A stretch of DNA of 64,000 nt from NCBI GenBank assembly GCA_038496445.1, contig JALMLS010000076.1, forward strand, positions 124,001 to 188,000, read 5' to 3'. How positions within the stretch are numbered: position 1 is the stretch's first letter; each line of letters begins with the position of its first letter. This DNA is from Trichosphaerium sp. ATCC 40318 (Eukaryota > Protista > Tubulinea). The position numbers and the translations under genes were made by a program. The notes beneath the pieces were generated by a model. That model worked only from the letters and a program-made list of their open reading frames with translations, had not been told where the DNA came from and did no database searches. This document shows, piece by piece, positions 53,421 to 64,000 of this stretch.

Positions 53421-56160
53421 CTATGCGTTATTACGTAAACTTCCGATCAGCATCCATTCCATCTTCAAGAAAAAAACTTAGAAAAAAAACAAAATAGTTT
53501 GGTTTTTTAACTCAAAAGATAGTTCAATTAATGACGTACAAGACGAGCTGGTGATAGTAATTTACAGTAGTACATTCCAGCAAAAGATGAAAGTGGAAAA
53601 TCGACTGATGTGTGGAGTGCAGGTGCTTGAACATTGTATGTAGTAGAATTTGCCTTGAAAAAAAAATTATATTCTTGCCTCAACCTTGTACGTACCTTTT
53701 CGAATACGACGCTCGCAACTGTCCAAGTTAAACCACTAGAATCTTGTATATCTTCCAAGAAGTTAATCCTTTTACCATACTTGTGATACCTACAACTAAC
53801 ATCAGAAACAACAAATGTCTCAGTGGGCTTATCAAAAAAAAAAAAAACTTCATTCTCTGTTTCCATCAAACGCTTGTTGTTGCTTGAACATGAAGTAAAC
53901 ATGGGGCGCAAACATAACTCTCCAAGAATGGTAAACTGAAAATTTGATAACGTTTATGAAGGGCTATTCCTGGAAAAAAAATGTAATGTTCGTTCACTTT
54001 TTTGTACCTTGACAATTGAACGTCTGTCATCATATTTTGAGCAAGTTTGAAAGCTTCAATATTAATGTCTTTACAAGACTGTTGTTGTTGATGTTCAAAA
54101 TGACCAACAACGTCAAGGACAGCCTCCTGTGACTTTGACTTACAGAACGTTGCAGCAGCTGACTCTGGATGTGTTGAAATATCAATAGGATTGAACTCGT
54201 ATGAGTTAAACGAAGGTGTATTAATATTATACTAAAACATAATACTCAGTCAGATATAAGAAATATACACACCAATAAGAAAAATAAAAGTTAGCGCTTA
54301 TAGCACTAAAATGCGTTGAGAAATTGAAGTACCAAGAGAAACTTCATGGTAAGATTTTTTCCAAAAAAAAAAGCTTCTCTTCTTGTACAAATGTCTATCT
54401 AATCAACAAAACATATATTTTGGAAAAAAGCGAATGTAGATGTATTGATATAACAAATAATTCCAAAAAAGAAACGGCAACAAGCCAAGGGAGAAAGAAA
54501 AAAAAAAGAGGAAAAATTACGAAAATAAAAATAATAATAAACAAAACGTACAGTTCCTTGGTATTGTCCTTTTGTGATTTCTGGCTTAGATAGTTCAAAG
54601 CTAACTATGTTTGATATATCTTGTTGCCCAACAATGAATTTTCCAGGTTTATCAGAACGTATATGAGCACGTTGTGCTTTAACACACCTAGAGAAGAAAA
54701 AAGTAAGACAAAAAATTGTAGTTGTAAACAAAGAAGTAATAAAAAGTTCGCTCAATGGCTTGTTGGTACCAACTGTTGTCTTGAATTTCTAAAGCTTTCC
54801 AAAAAGGTGTTATGTACTGGATCGCATTATTATAACCTTCCATTAGATTATTGAGAGCCTGTAAGTTTGTCAGTATTAATAATTCGTAAAAAAATTAACT
54901 GTTCGTACTGTTTCATTGTTGAATAACTGCACTCTTATAAAATCACCTGCAACACCTGCAATGAGTATATGTGCCTCCTTTGTTGTTAAATAAGAATCAA
55001 TATCACCAACAATAATAGTAGCTCCTACAAAAAGCATAAACAATTAGAAGTCCAAACAACCAATTACAAAAATGTAAAAGCTGCAAGTCAAAACTCTTTG
55101 CAGGATAGTACTGTTTTGAAGAAAATAACATTCCGTATATGCACCACGTGTAGTGATATGCTTACCTGATATTTGAGAGTTATCAACGCCTGAAATCATA
55201 ACAACTGGTTTGTTCTTTATCGCATCTTTGAGACCAACACGAGGTACAATAATCTCTTTTAATTGTCTCAAATTATATCCAACACGTGTCATTGTAACCA
55301 TCCCATCAAGCTCGCCAGCAATATGGATAACCTAAGGAACATTTAAAAACGATTCACGAGTCTCAAAAGTCGTCAGTAAGACCAAAAATGAGCGAGACTT
55401 GTTAGGACAAAAAAACAAAAGGAAAAATTTTTCCTCAAAAAAATGCAAAGAAGTGGATTTAGCGTACTGGCGTTGAAAAATTGACGATAGACCTTGGCCC
55501 TGTCTTTAATAGGTATGAAGCAAATAGAATCAAGCCAGCATAGTCGTCTTGGATGATCTGGAAATCGTTAGAAAAAACAGACAAAAAACCCGCCATGCTA
55601 ACGAATAGTATAGTTTCCCGCTAAATTATTACGTACAGTGGCTGCTGCTACACCACCTAAAGCATGACCAGACAAGAATACATCTGAGTGTTGAATGGAC
55701 TCAAAGCCACGTTCGCTCACCTAGATAACGAATTAGCGCGATTAAAACATTAATGGTACGGATTAAAACACATACAGTAGTGATAATGTTGTCTATTTGA
55801 AATTGTACTTCTGTTGGGATTGGATAACCACCCAAGCAATTTGTGATACCCACCTGAGCGTTTATAAGCGTTTTTAGGTCATTTTTTGTAATCTCTACTG
55901 TACCCACAGTCTGATATTCGGCATCGCGGTTTGCAAAGCTTTTGCGAGAAGGTCATAGCTAGACGGCATGAAATTGTCATCTTATAAAATGTTAGCAGGG
56001 AAATCTTTTTTCCACCTTTGCACAAAACCGCACTTTGAACGATTACTAATAGTTTTTGAGGTCCATTACTAGATTCAAGAGGTTTTACAATTTCTGGCTG
56101 ACCCAATACTACAACGTAAAACAGGCACGCAAAAACCAGTACAACGTGGTGCATTATCAT
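53421..56160 (-). CDS. Secreted alpha/beta-hydrolase-fold protein lacking the catalytic Ser and His
   Basis: Signal peptide; DVFLSGHALGG; AGLILFASYL; AGELDGMVTMTR; KPVVMISGVDNSQ; GMYYCKLLSPARL|MEWMLIGSLR. Confidence 0.8.
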
Positions 56161-57738
56161 GCTTTCCGGTTAAAAGAATAATTCAATGGAACGTTCAAGG
56201 TCATCCGGACTAATAGCCCAGAAAAGCCAGTAGGTGATGTGAAAGTGATACATTAGATGTAGCGTAGTTATTTAACGCAAAGATAAACGAAAAGAGAGGA
56301 ATACTAGTTGAGCACGTAACAGATTTAAGGAAAATGTGTACGCAAATATTTGTTTACACGTCAGTGTTCATTTTTTAATTACTACGACGTTATCGCGTCA
56401 CCGGCCAAACAAAATAAAAACAATATTTTTAGAAAATTTGTTACGACCCAATTGAAAAAAATACACTTCGTATCGCGTTTAGCGTACAAGACAATGTTTT
56501 GACTATGTGTTAAGTTGGGGGTTTTTTCAATTTTTTTTTGTTAATGTAATTACGAGCCTTGAAAATGATTTGTTTCGCGTGGTTTTTTGGTACAGACAAC
56601 GTAAAAAAATGTTTTAAAATTCATTTAAAAAAAGTGCAACAAAACCGAATTGGTAACTTCTATGTTCCGTTAGTCTGACTTTGCTGAACATAACCTTCAC
56701 GTTCAATTATAATGTTTGGGTTGTGCGTATTGTAGAAACTTCTGTGAAGGGTATACTGTGGCGTTAACTTGAGGAATTCATTACAAGAGGGCTGTCTATT
56801 TGATACACCAAACAAGGCTATCAATAGAGTTTTAAACGGTTCCCACGTGACATTTCAAAAAAAGAGTAAAAACTCTGTAACAGTTTACAGTTTTGCTAGG
56901 TGTAGTTATACATTGCGACATAATAGCGTACTTTGGTTGTATAGAAAACCTAGTACGATAACGTCTACCTATGAGCCATTTTTGGATTTCTTTTGTGGTA
57001 TTTTAAAGCAACGACATACAAACCTCAAATACATCCGGGATCTATCACAGCGCCTTTCCGAGTTAACATCTATCTTGTGTATGTTGTTTAAAAAAATACG
57101 GAAGGTCAAAATGTACAACAAGGTTTATCAGAAAATCAGGCTTGTTGTGGTATTTTCTGTATTGTATGTATTTTAAGATACGTAAAACACATTTAAGAGA
57201 TACTATAACACTATGTTTGTGTGAAATTTCGTGCCGAAAAGAATATTACGAATATTCGAAGTCTGACTCCGACATCCACGCCATTTTTACACACACAAAT
57301 AAGGTACTACTTTTGGAACACATAAAAATGTTATACATTGCGTTAACACTCTCAAACATTAAGGAAAAAAAAGTAATGGCTAAAAAAAAAATTTGGTTGG
57401 ATTTTTCGTTAATGAAGGTATTTTGTTCAAAAAAGAAATATAGGCCAACGAAATAACAAATAGACCTAACTGATACGTATATACGTAAAACAGTGTGGTC
57501 TCCTCTTAACCTTATTTAGTAAGGCACGAGTTTATTATTTTGGTGCGAAGGATGCACAATCCTTGAAGTCAACCCCCTCTGGCTTTTTTTTTCTCCTCTA
57601 CTAAGAAAACTCTTATCAGTGTATAAGTTTGAAATATCGCGCAGTTTATTGTGTCCTAAATTTGTCAAACTGCACTTAGTTTAGTGTTCTCTTTTTTCGT
57701 AGTACATTTTTAGACATAATTTCAAAACACAACAAGCA

Positions 57739-60700
57739 ATGCAACTACTCAGCACTACGCTAGTACTTGCTATACTATTAGTTACCGTATCTCATGCGGT
57801 AAAGTTTCAAAACGCTGCTCTTAACAGCGAACTAGCAAACTTTGTACATTACCCCCATAAAACTATTACAGAACACTATGACGTCGTAAAGGTACACAAA
57901 GTTCTTTACTTGCGCTTCCGTAATATTTTTAACCTTTTACACCAAACAAACGCATAAAAGCGTTCTATAAAACTTTTTCGCATCTTTGTGACAGAGTTGC
58001 GCGTTTTAATTTCCTATTATCCGAACTTCCTTCTACTCTATCGCAACACGCTCAAAGTAGTCGTAAAGTCGTTCTTCTAGCCCAGTTCATCAACTTATCG
58101 ACTTTAGACTGGCCCTGGTGCTTCTTTCCCTTTCACATCTCGCCCTCGATTTCCAGATGATGGAGAACTTGACTACTTTCCAATGCGTGGTTACGGTAGA
58201 AACGGTGCCGCTCTTGTCGATTTTGACGGAGATGGTGATTTGGACGTCTACTTGACAAACGCGTTCGGACACGAAAACAAACTTTACATCAACTTGCTCA
58301 AAGAGGTACGCAACACAATAACAACCAAAATACAGAAAAAATAGCTATTTTTTGGCCTTTTAGCCTTTTTTGTAGAGTTGTAGTGTTGTAAATTGGTAAC
58401 TAATTCTCCTTTTCTAGTGTGGTACAATGGACTTTGTAGACGTAACATCAGAGATGTGCGCAGATTTACAAGAACATGACTCAGCTGCTGTTTGCTTCGG
58501 AGATTTCGATAATGACGGTTTGGATGATATTGTCGTAATGGGACACGATTCTACTATTGAATCTGGTATCCGAGTCTTACAGTGCGTAAAAAGTTTTCTG
58601 ATTTTTACCTTTTTTCTCCGCCTTTCTCCTTTCGTAAATTAAAAAAACTTTTTCCGCTTATATTGTCTTTTCTAGTGGTAAGAAGAGAGCTGGTAACGGT
58701 AAACGAATGAGAAAAGGTGATTGTAGATTCCAACTAAAATCAACCTTCGAAGATATCTCTGTATCTTCCGGTATTCTCCATGATGGTTACGAGAAGTACT
58801 CTCCTTCCTCATGTACTATCGCTGATTTCAACTCTGATGGTAAACTCGACCTCTTCGCCACTACAACATGGACAGATATGACCGACGGTTCTCTTATCTT
58901 CAACTACGAAGAAGAGAGACTAACACACAACATGCTTTTTATGCAATCTGATACTCCTTTGGTTTTTACCGAAGAAGCTGAAGTTCTCGGTCTACAAGCA
59001 CAAGAACTCATCGGAATTACATGGGCTGCTGGTGCCGCTGATTACGATGGTGATGGTGACGTTGATCTATTCGCTGTTGAAGATCAAGCTGCTTCTTTCA
59101 ACACACAACAAAGCGAAGAGTTCGGTATTGATAGAGGATACGTCCGTATCTTTAAAAACAGACTCGTCGAAGACGGTGCTCTCTCTTTTGAAGACGTAAC
59201 ACTCGAAAACAATATCCCACCTGCTGATTACATGTCCATCTCCTTCGGAGACATGAACTGTGATGGTACGTAACTCTACAACAAACAATCTTGTTTAAGA
59301 AAGAAAAAATTTTCTTCCCTTTCTTTTTTAAGTCCTTGGACTTTTTTCCTTTTTCAGATTTTTTCTTTTCTCTTTTTTTTTGGAAATAAGTTACTGATTT
59401 CGTTCTCTTACTTACCTTTTTCTCTTTAGCTAATATCGATTACTTCTCTGCCACCTTCGGTGACTACACCCAAGTCGACAACGTACCAGCATTCGCTCCG
59501 TACACACAACCAAAGGAAACATCTCGCTGGAGATACTGGAACGGAACCCACTTTATTGACTCATACGACTCAACTCCTAAAATCGGTGGTCTTATCTCTA
59601 CTCCTTTCGGTTGGGGATCAACAGTAGTCGATTACGATAACGATTTCGATCACGATATTATCTTCCACGGTGGTCTCCACACTGGTCGTTTTGTTGATTT
59701 GAACCCTGGTGCTATTTACCAGAATCAAGGATGCAAAGGCGGTAGAAACAGATTCAACATTCTCTTCGAGCGTGATGCTGAAGCATACCAACATGTTGAA
59801 GCAATCGGTAATCCTTTCATCTACAATATGATCAACAGTGTCCTCGCTGGTGATATGGACGGTGATGGTTTCAACGACATCGTATTGACATCTAGCTTCG
59901 CTAGACCAGAGAATACAACTTATTCCGTGTACGCTGATGACCTCGGTGTCGGTAACGGAAGTGACCGTTTCCCAATCGCAAACTACACCGGTTCTGCTTT
60001 CAACGTAGATTACGGTAAATGGCAAAACTGGACACCACTTGACCCTCTTGACCCTGATCCACAAGAATTCTTCTGGAACGGTATTGAAGAAATCCCAGAA
60101 GGTCGTGTATTCCTCCTTAGAAACGACGGAGACGTCTCACACAGTAAGTTACTCGAAACCTTTTTTTTTTTTTGAATTCTGCGGAAACTTTTTTTTGTTT
60201 TTGATTTCCTTTGACTTACTCTTTTCTCTTTAGAGGGTAACTCTATTCATATAACTGCTCTCGGTACCGGTGCTATTCTACCACATGGTGTCGTTAACAG
60301 AAACGGAATTGGCGCTTCTTTCGTCTTGAAACCGAGAAAGAACAAGAACAAGCTTAAGAGATTCTCTACAATCAACCCAATAGTTGGTGGATCAGGTTAC
60401 GCTGGTCAAGAGTCTCTAGCTAAGACTGTTGGTATCAAGAACGCCGAATACGCTGACATTGAGATGCGTTGGCCTACACCTACAGGTGTATTGATAAACG
60501 AGGTTAAATGCGTCAAACAAGGGACTAAGATCATCTTCCCTGAAATACCTTGTGATATTACTCATAACGTATGTCCTTACGGAGAACCTTTGGCTGGATT
60601 CAGAGGATTCACTAAATGCGTAAGAACCAACTTGAGAAAATTGAGAAGATACCACGAAATCACTGCTCAACAACAAGCTAAGTTGTACGCTGGTATGTGC

Positions 60701-60769
60701 CATGCTTTCATGGATAGACATCATCTCAATGACGCAGATACTCACTGCCCTCCAATCACTTGCGCTTAA
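57739..60769 (+). CDS. Secreted FG-GAP repeat / CRTAC1-like protein with ASPIC-UnbV domain
   Basis: Signal peptide; repeated DxDxDGxxD loops (DFDGDGDLD, DFDNDGLDD, DFNSDGKLD, DYDGDGDVD, DMNCD, DYDNDFDHD, DMDGDGFND); C-terminal NRNGIGA...GGSGYAGQES...IEMRWP. Confidence 0.9.
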
Positions 60770-61374
60770 ATAGCCAAGTGTATGAGTTATGGCGTTATCT
60801 TTAATCGTCAAACAACTACAAAAAACCCCGTAATATATTGTTGTTTAGTATGAAAAAAAAAAGTCAAAAATGTAATAAAGATTATAAAGTCCACGTGACT
60901 TTAAATATTAGAAAAAAAACTACGACTTGTTTCCTTTCGCTGGCATCTCGTATTTCTTCGCGCCTGTACAATCACTGAACCCTTTTTGTTGCACTAAGAG
61001 ATGGTACGTAATTGGTGTTTTGCGGGCATGCATTACAAAAGTTCTTTGAGTTTAAGAACTACAAAAGGTCTAGTTTAATGAAATCCGACATTGCCAATCG
61101 TTTGCTGGTGAAACAAAACCGACAACGGTTTCGTTTAGTTTTGTATATATTCTACATATGTATCGTATGGCACGTGGTAGAAGATTGTGTAAATACTTGT
61201 TTTAAATCAAAGTCCAACTTTACAAAACCAAAAAAATACAAGGTTGACATTAGCCTGATAAAGTACTTGTAAGTAAAGGTTTCCCTTGATAGAATATGAA
61301 GTTTATTAAACTGATTAAGTATTATTGCATATTTCCATGTATACTATATTTAAGGTTTACTAAGTGACCACCAA

Positions 61375-62307
61375 TCAGTCACATATGCCACGTATTACTG
61401 TGTTTTTGAGTTTTTTCCTTATGTCTTTTGTTATTTGTGGGCACTTGTGAATGTGTAATACCTTTACATCAGCTAGGTGGGTAAGACATTCATTTGTTAT
61501 GTTGGTATGTGATAGATTAATTGTATGAGCAGTTGTAAGGCTCTTTGTACACTCTCCAGTGATTTGACTACAACCTGTGAGGTCTATTGTATGCACACCA
61601 GCCAATGCCGAAATATCTTTATCTGTAATCTGAAAACAATAACATAACTTAATTGTATGTACTCCAGCTAATGCTGAAATACCTTTTTCAGTTATATGCG
61701 CACAACAAGATAAATTAATTGTATGTACTCCAGCTAATGAGTACAACACTTCATCTGTAATTGCAGTGTTTGATAGATCAATATGTGGTACTCCAGCAAA
61801 TAATTTAGCATCCTCAGGGAATAACAAGCTTATGTAATCATTCCAGTACAAATGAAGATATTTGAGGTGCTTGGCAAGTGGTGTAATACTTGAGTATTCT
61901 ATATTTTCACACTGTAACAAAGTCAAGTGACGTACACCACAGATAGACATTATTCCTGACCCTGTTATGTTGTTGTTACTATGAATGTATAGCGTTTGAA
62001 CACCAGAAAGAAGGGAAAGATCTTTGTCTGTTGCTTCAGGGAAGGCCCACAAAGATATGATGGTGTTTTTGAGAAGAGGACTTCCTGAAAGACGAGAGCA
62101 ATCTGAACTTGATTTAACCTTTATTGTTCCATAGCCAACGTGGTGGTGTATGATGTCTGATAATCGTTTACAGCTTTGAGAAACGGCAAATCGATTCTTA
62201 ACGGCCACAAACTGAAGTAAATGGGCGATTATCTCTGAAGGGAAGTCTAAAATCGATGTATCGCTCGATCTGTCCTTAAATAAAGCACGTGATAGCTGCC
62301 GATCCAT
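61375..62307 (-). CDS. Intronless F-box + LRR protein (close paralog of 39933-40900)
   Basis: Uninterrupted ORF with F-box ILDFPSEIIAHLLQFVAVKNRFAVSQSCKRL and AGVHTIxL repeats. Confidence 0.9.
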   Translation of the reverse strand: MDRQLSRALFKDRSSDTSILDFPSEIIAHLLQFVAVKNRFAVSQSCKRLSDIIHHHVGYGTIKVKSSSDCSRLSGSPLLKNTIISLWAFPEATDKDLSLLSGVQTLYIHSNNNITGSGIMSICGVRHLTLLQCENIEYSSITPLAKHLKYLHLYWNDYISLLFPEDAKLFAGVPHIDLSNTAITDEVLYSLAGVHTINLSCCAHITEKGISALAGVHTIKLCYCFQITDKDISALAGVHTIDLTGCSQITGECTKSLTTAHTINLSHTNITNECLTHLADVKVLHIHKCPQITKDIRKKLKNTVIRGICD

Positions 62308-62715
62308 AAGAACAATCACTAGATATTAGGCGCTGCGCTTACTTGAAGTTAAGGGCGTCTTCGTGTAAACGTTATGGGAAACAACACGTTTTGTGTTTAA
62401 GGCTGTTCCTTAATCTGTTGTTGTTAAGTTTCAATGTAAAAGTCAGTAACCAACCAGTTTCAGACTCAAGAAAAGTGATAAGCTGGTACAAGACCCAGAA
62501 AAGATATCAACAAACGATTAAAAAAACAAGTCAGCTAGTTATGGAAGTCTATAAACCTGGTTCTATTTACAGACTAGAAAAATACAACTTTATAAACCAA
62601 TACTCGCGGCAGTAAAGGGGATACAAACGAAAGTTAAGTCCATCAACAAAACCAGAAAAAACCTGTTCGTTTTTGTCCAACAGCTCCATATCGGTCACAC
62701 GTCAAACTATTAGGA

Positions 62716-64000
62716 ATGAACATGTTGCTTTGCGTTTTATTCGCGGTTATATGTACGTAAAAGCGGTTTAGAGAGTATTAGCTTAAAGAACAGATCTAGT
62801 GGCCCCTGCGTGCTCTATAATCAGTGTGACGCATACCAATGGCACTGAGACGTTCTACGACTCATCGTCTCTTCCGTACGGAGGTCGAGTCTTACTTTTT
62901 TTTAAAATCTTCTTTTGACAGTTACTCTGGCATTCCAAATCCAAAGGCATCAATATCTGGAGTGCTAGGCACAGAAACGGAGTATTCTGGCTTAGTAGCG
63001 CTCATTACAGAAGAAGAATACAGGCTAAGAACAGGAAGCGCAGAGAAGGCAATATTGTGCGTATGCTTACTGTAAAAAGAGACTAAAAACAAAGCAAGGA
63101 AGTACCAAGATAGAGGCGCTGTTGCTGTTATTCTGCAATCTGAAAAGGACGCGAAGCCAGGGTTCGGATACTACATTACTGATGGGATTGCATCAGATGA
63201 CGATGATATTAAAATTATATGCGTTGACATTCGTTATGAAGACTTTATTACTCTTCAACAGCTTGCCAGAGATAACATTACTATGAATATTACTATAATA
63301 CCAGAACAAAACCCTTGGGTACACAAAACCGTTGATCTGCATTTTTCTTCCTTTTTTTGGCTATTCACTTGAGTCTAGCGACATGTCTATTTTTTTGTTT
63401 TATGCAAGTAATACTTGTAAACAATTAGGGGCGCTTCTTGGTGTTTAGCAGTTTGATGTAAATGAAACTAATGCAAACCTTTTATTGTAGGTTGCTGTAT
63501 ATGGCTCAATCGCTTTTAATGTTCTATTTCAAGGGACTATGCTTCTCTTTGTCGTTTTTAATATCAGCTTATGTTTACTACGCTTACTGAACGGTTATCT
63601 AAGTAAAAAACTGTGGGTATTTCGTGTACCAACAGTAATACTCACGATAGAGTTGATTTCTAATTTACGTACGTTTTCTTTTTTCCTTGTTTTTACTTGA
63701 TTATACTGACGTTGCGTTCAAGTACGTCTTGTTTATGCGATAGACCCTATGTCTAGTCATAGGCTTTACTCATTCAAGATGGCAGATGTACTCGCGACTG
63801 TAACTTCTCCGTTTACTCTAGCCTCCTTTTTACTTCTCACACTTCATTGGTACGTTAAAATGTGAACTTGCAAGCTAGTCCGTAATGGTTTTGTCTTTTA
63901 CTAATTTCCTCTACGCGCGTAGGCATGCTTTGCTACATGCAAAAAATATTCAACTCAATAGCTTTATACCTAAGCTTCGTATTTATTTCATAGCATTTGT
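62716..64000 (+). CDS. PA-domain - 7TM receptor-like protein, paralog D (3' truncated by the window)
   Basis: Signal MNMLLCVLFAVILAPACS; SGLVALI; QDRGAVAVIL; KPGFGYY; MNITIIPEQNPW; RVPTVILTIELISN; IDP; PFTLASFLLLTLHWH. Confidence 0.8.

Noticed and set aside
56769-57456. 135-aa and 104-aa ORFs
   Set aside because: Non-ATG starts, low-complexity AT-rich composition and no motifs; probably intergenic.

Overview
AT-rich (roughly one-third GC by eye), gene-dense and very intron-rich eukaryotic nuclear DNA. It most likely comes from a free-living amoeboid protist (inference from gene content). The supplied ORF track is fragmented because almost every gene is split by 38-500 nt introns. Donors are mostly GTACG, branch points CTAAC-like, and acceptors TAG/CAG/AAG; the standard genetic code fits. 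Manual splicing gives about 24 genes or gene fragments. Housekeeping or recognisable genes: glycine decarboxylase P, nucleoredoxin-like, carboxylesterase, TMEM144-like, LITAF, PPR-like, FLASH-like, a stand-alone eIF5 N-domain, an EGF-mucin-CAP protein, a C-type lectin, a CRTAC1/ASPIC-UnbV protein and two alpha/beta hydrolases (one apparently catalytically dead). Strongest novelty candidates: (1) a single spliced gene fusing ubiquitin-like domain(s) and H1-like TPKK repeats to an HP1-type chromo + chromo-like + chromoshadow module; (2) four divergent paralogs of a signal peptide-PA domain-7TM receptor-like family; (3) two F-box/LRR families (tandem SAM-F-box-LRR, and intronless F-box-LRR) with near-identical F-boxes but hypervariable LRR surfaces; (4) a strong excess of CACGTG in introns and intergenic DNA, and a +4C splice-donor consensus. 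All gene models were hand-built without RNA or database searches. No tRNA, rRNA, CRISPR array or intact transposon was recognised.
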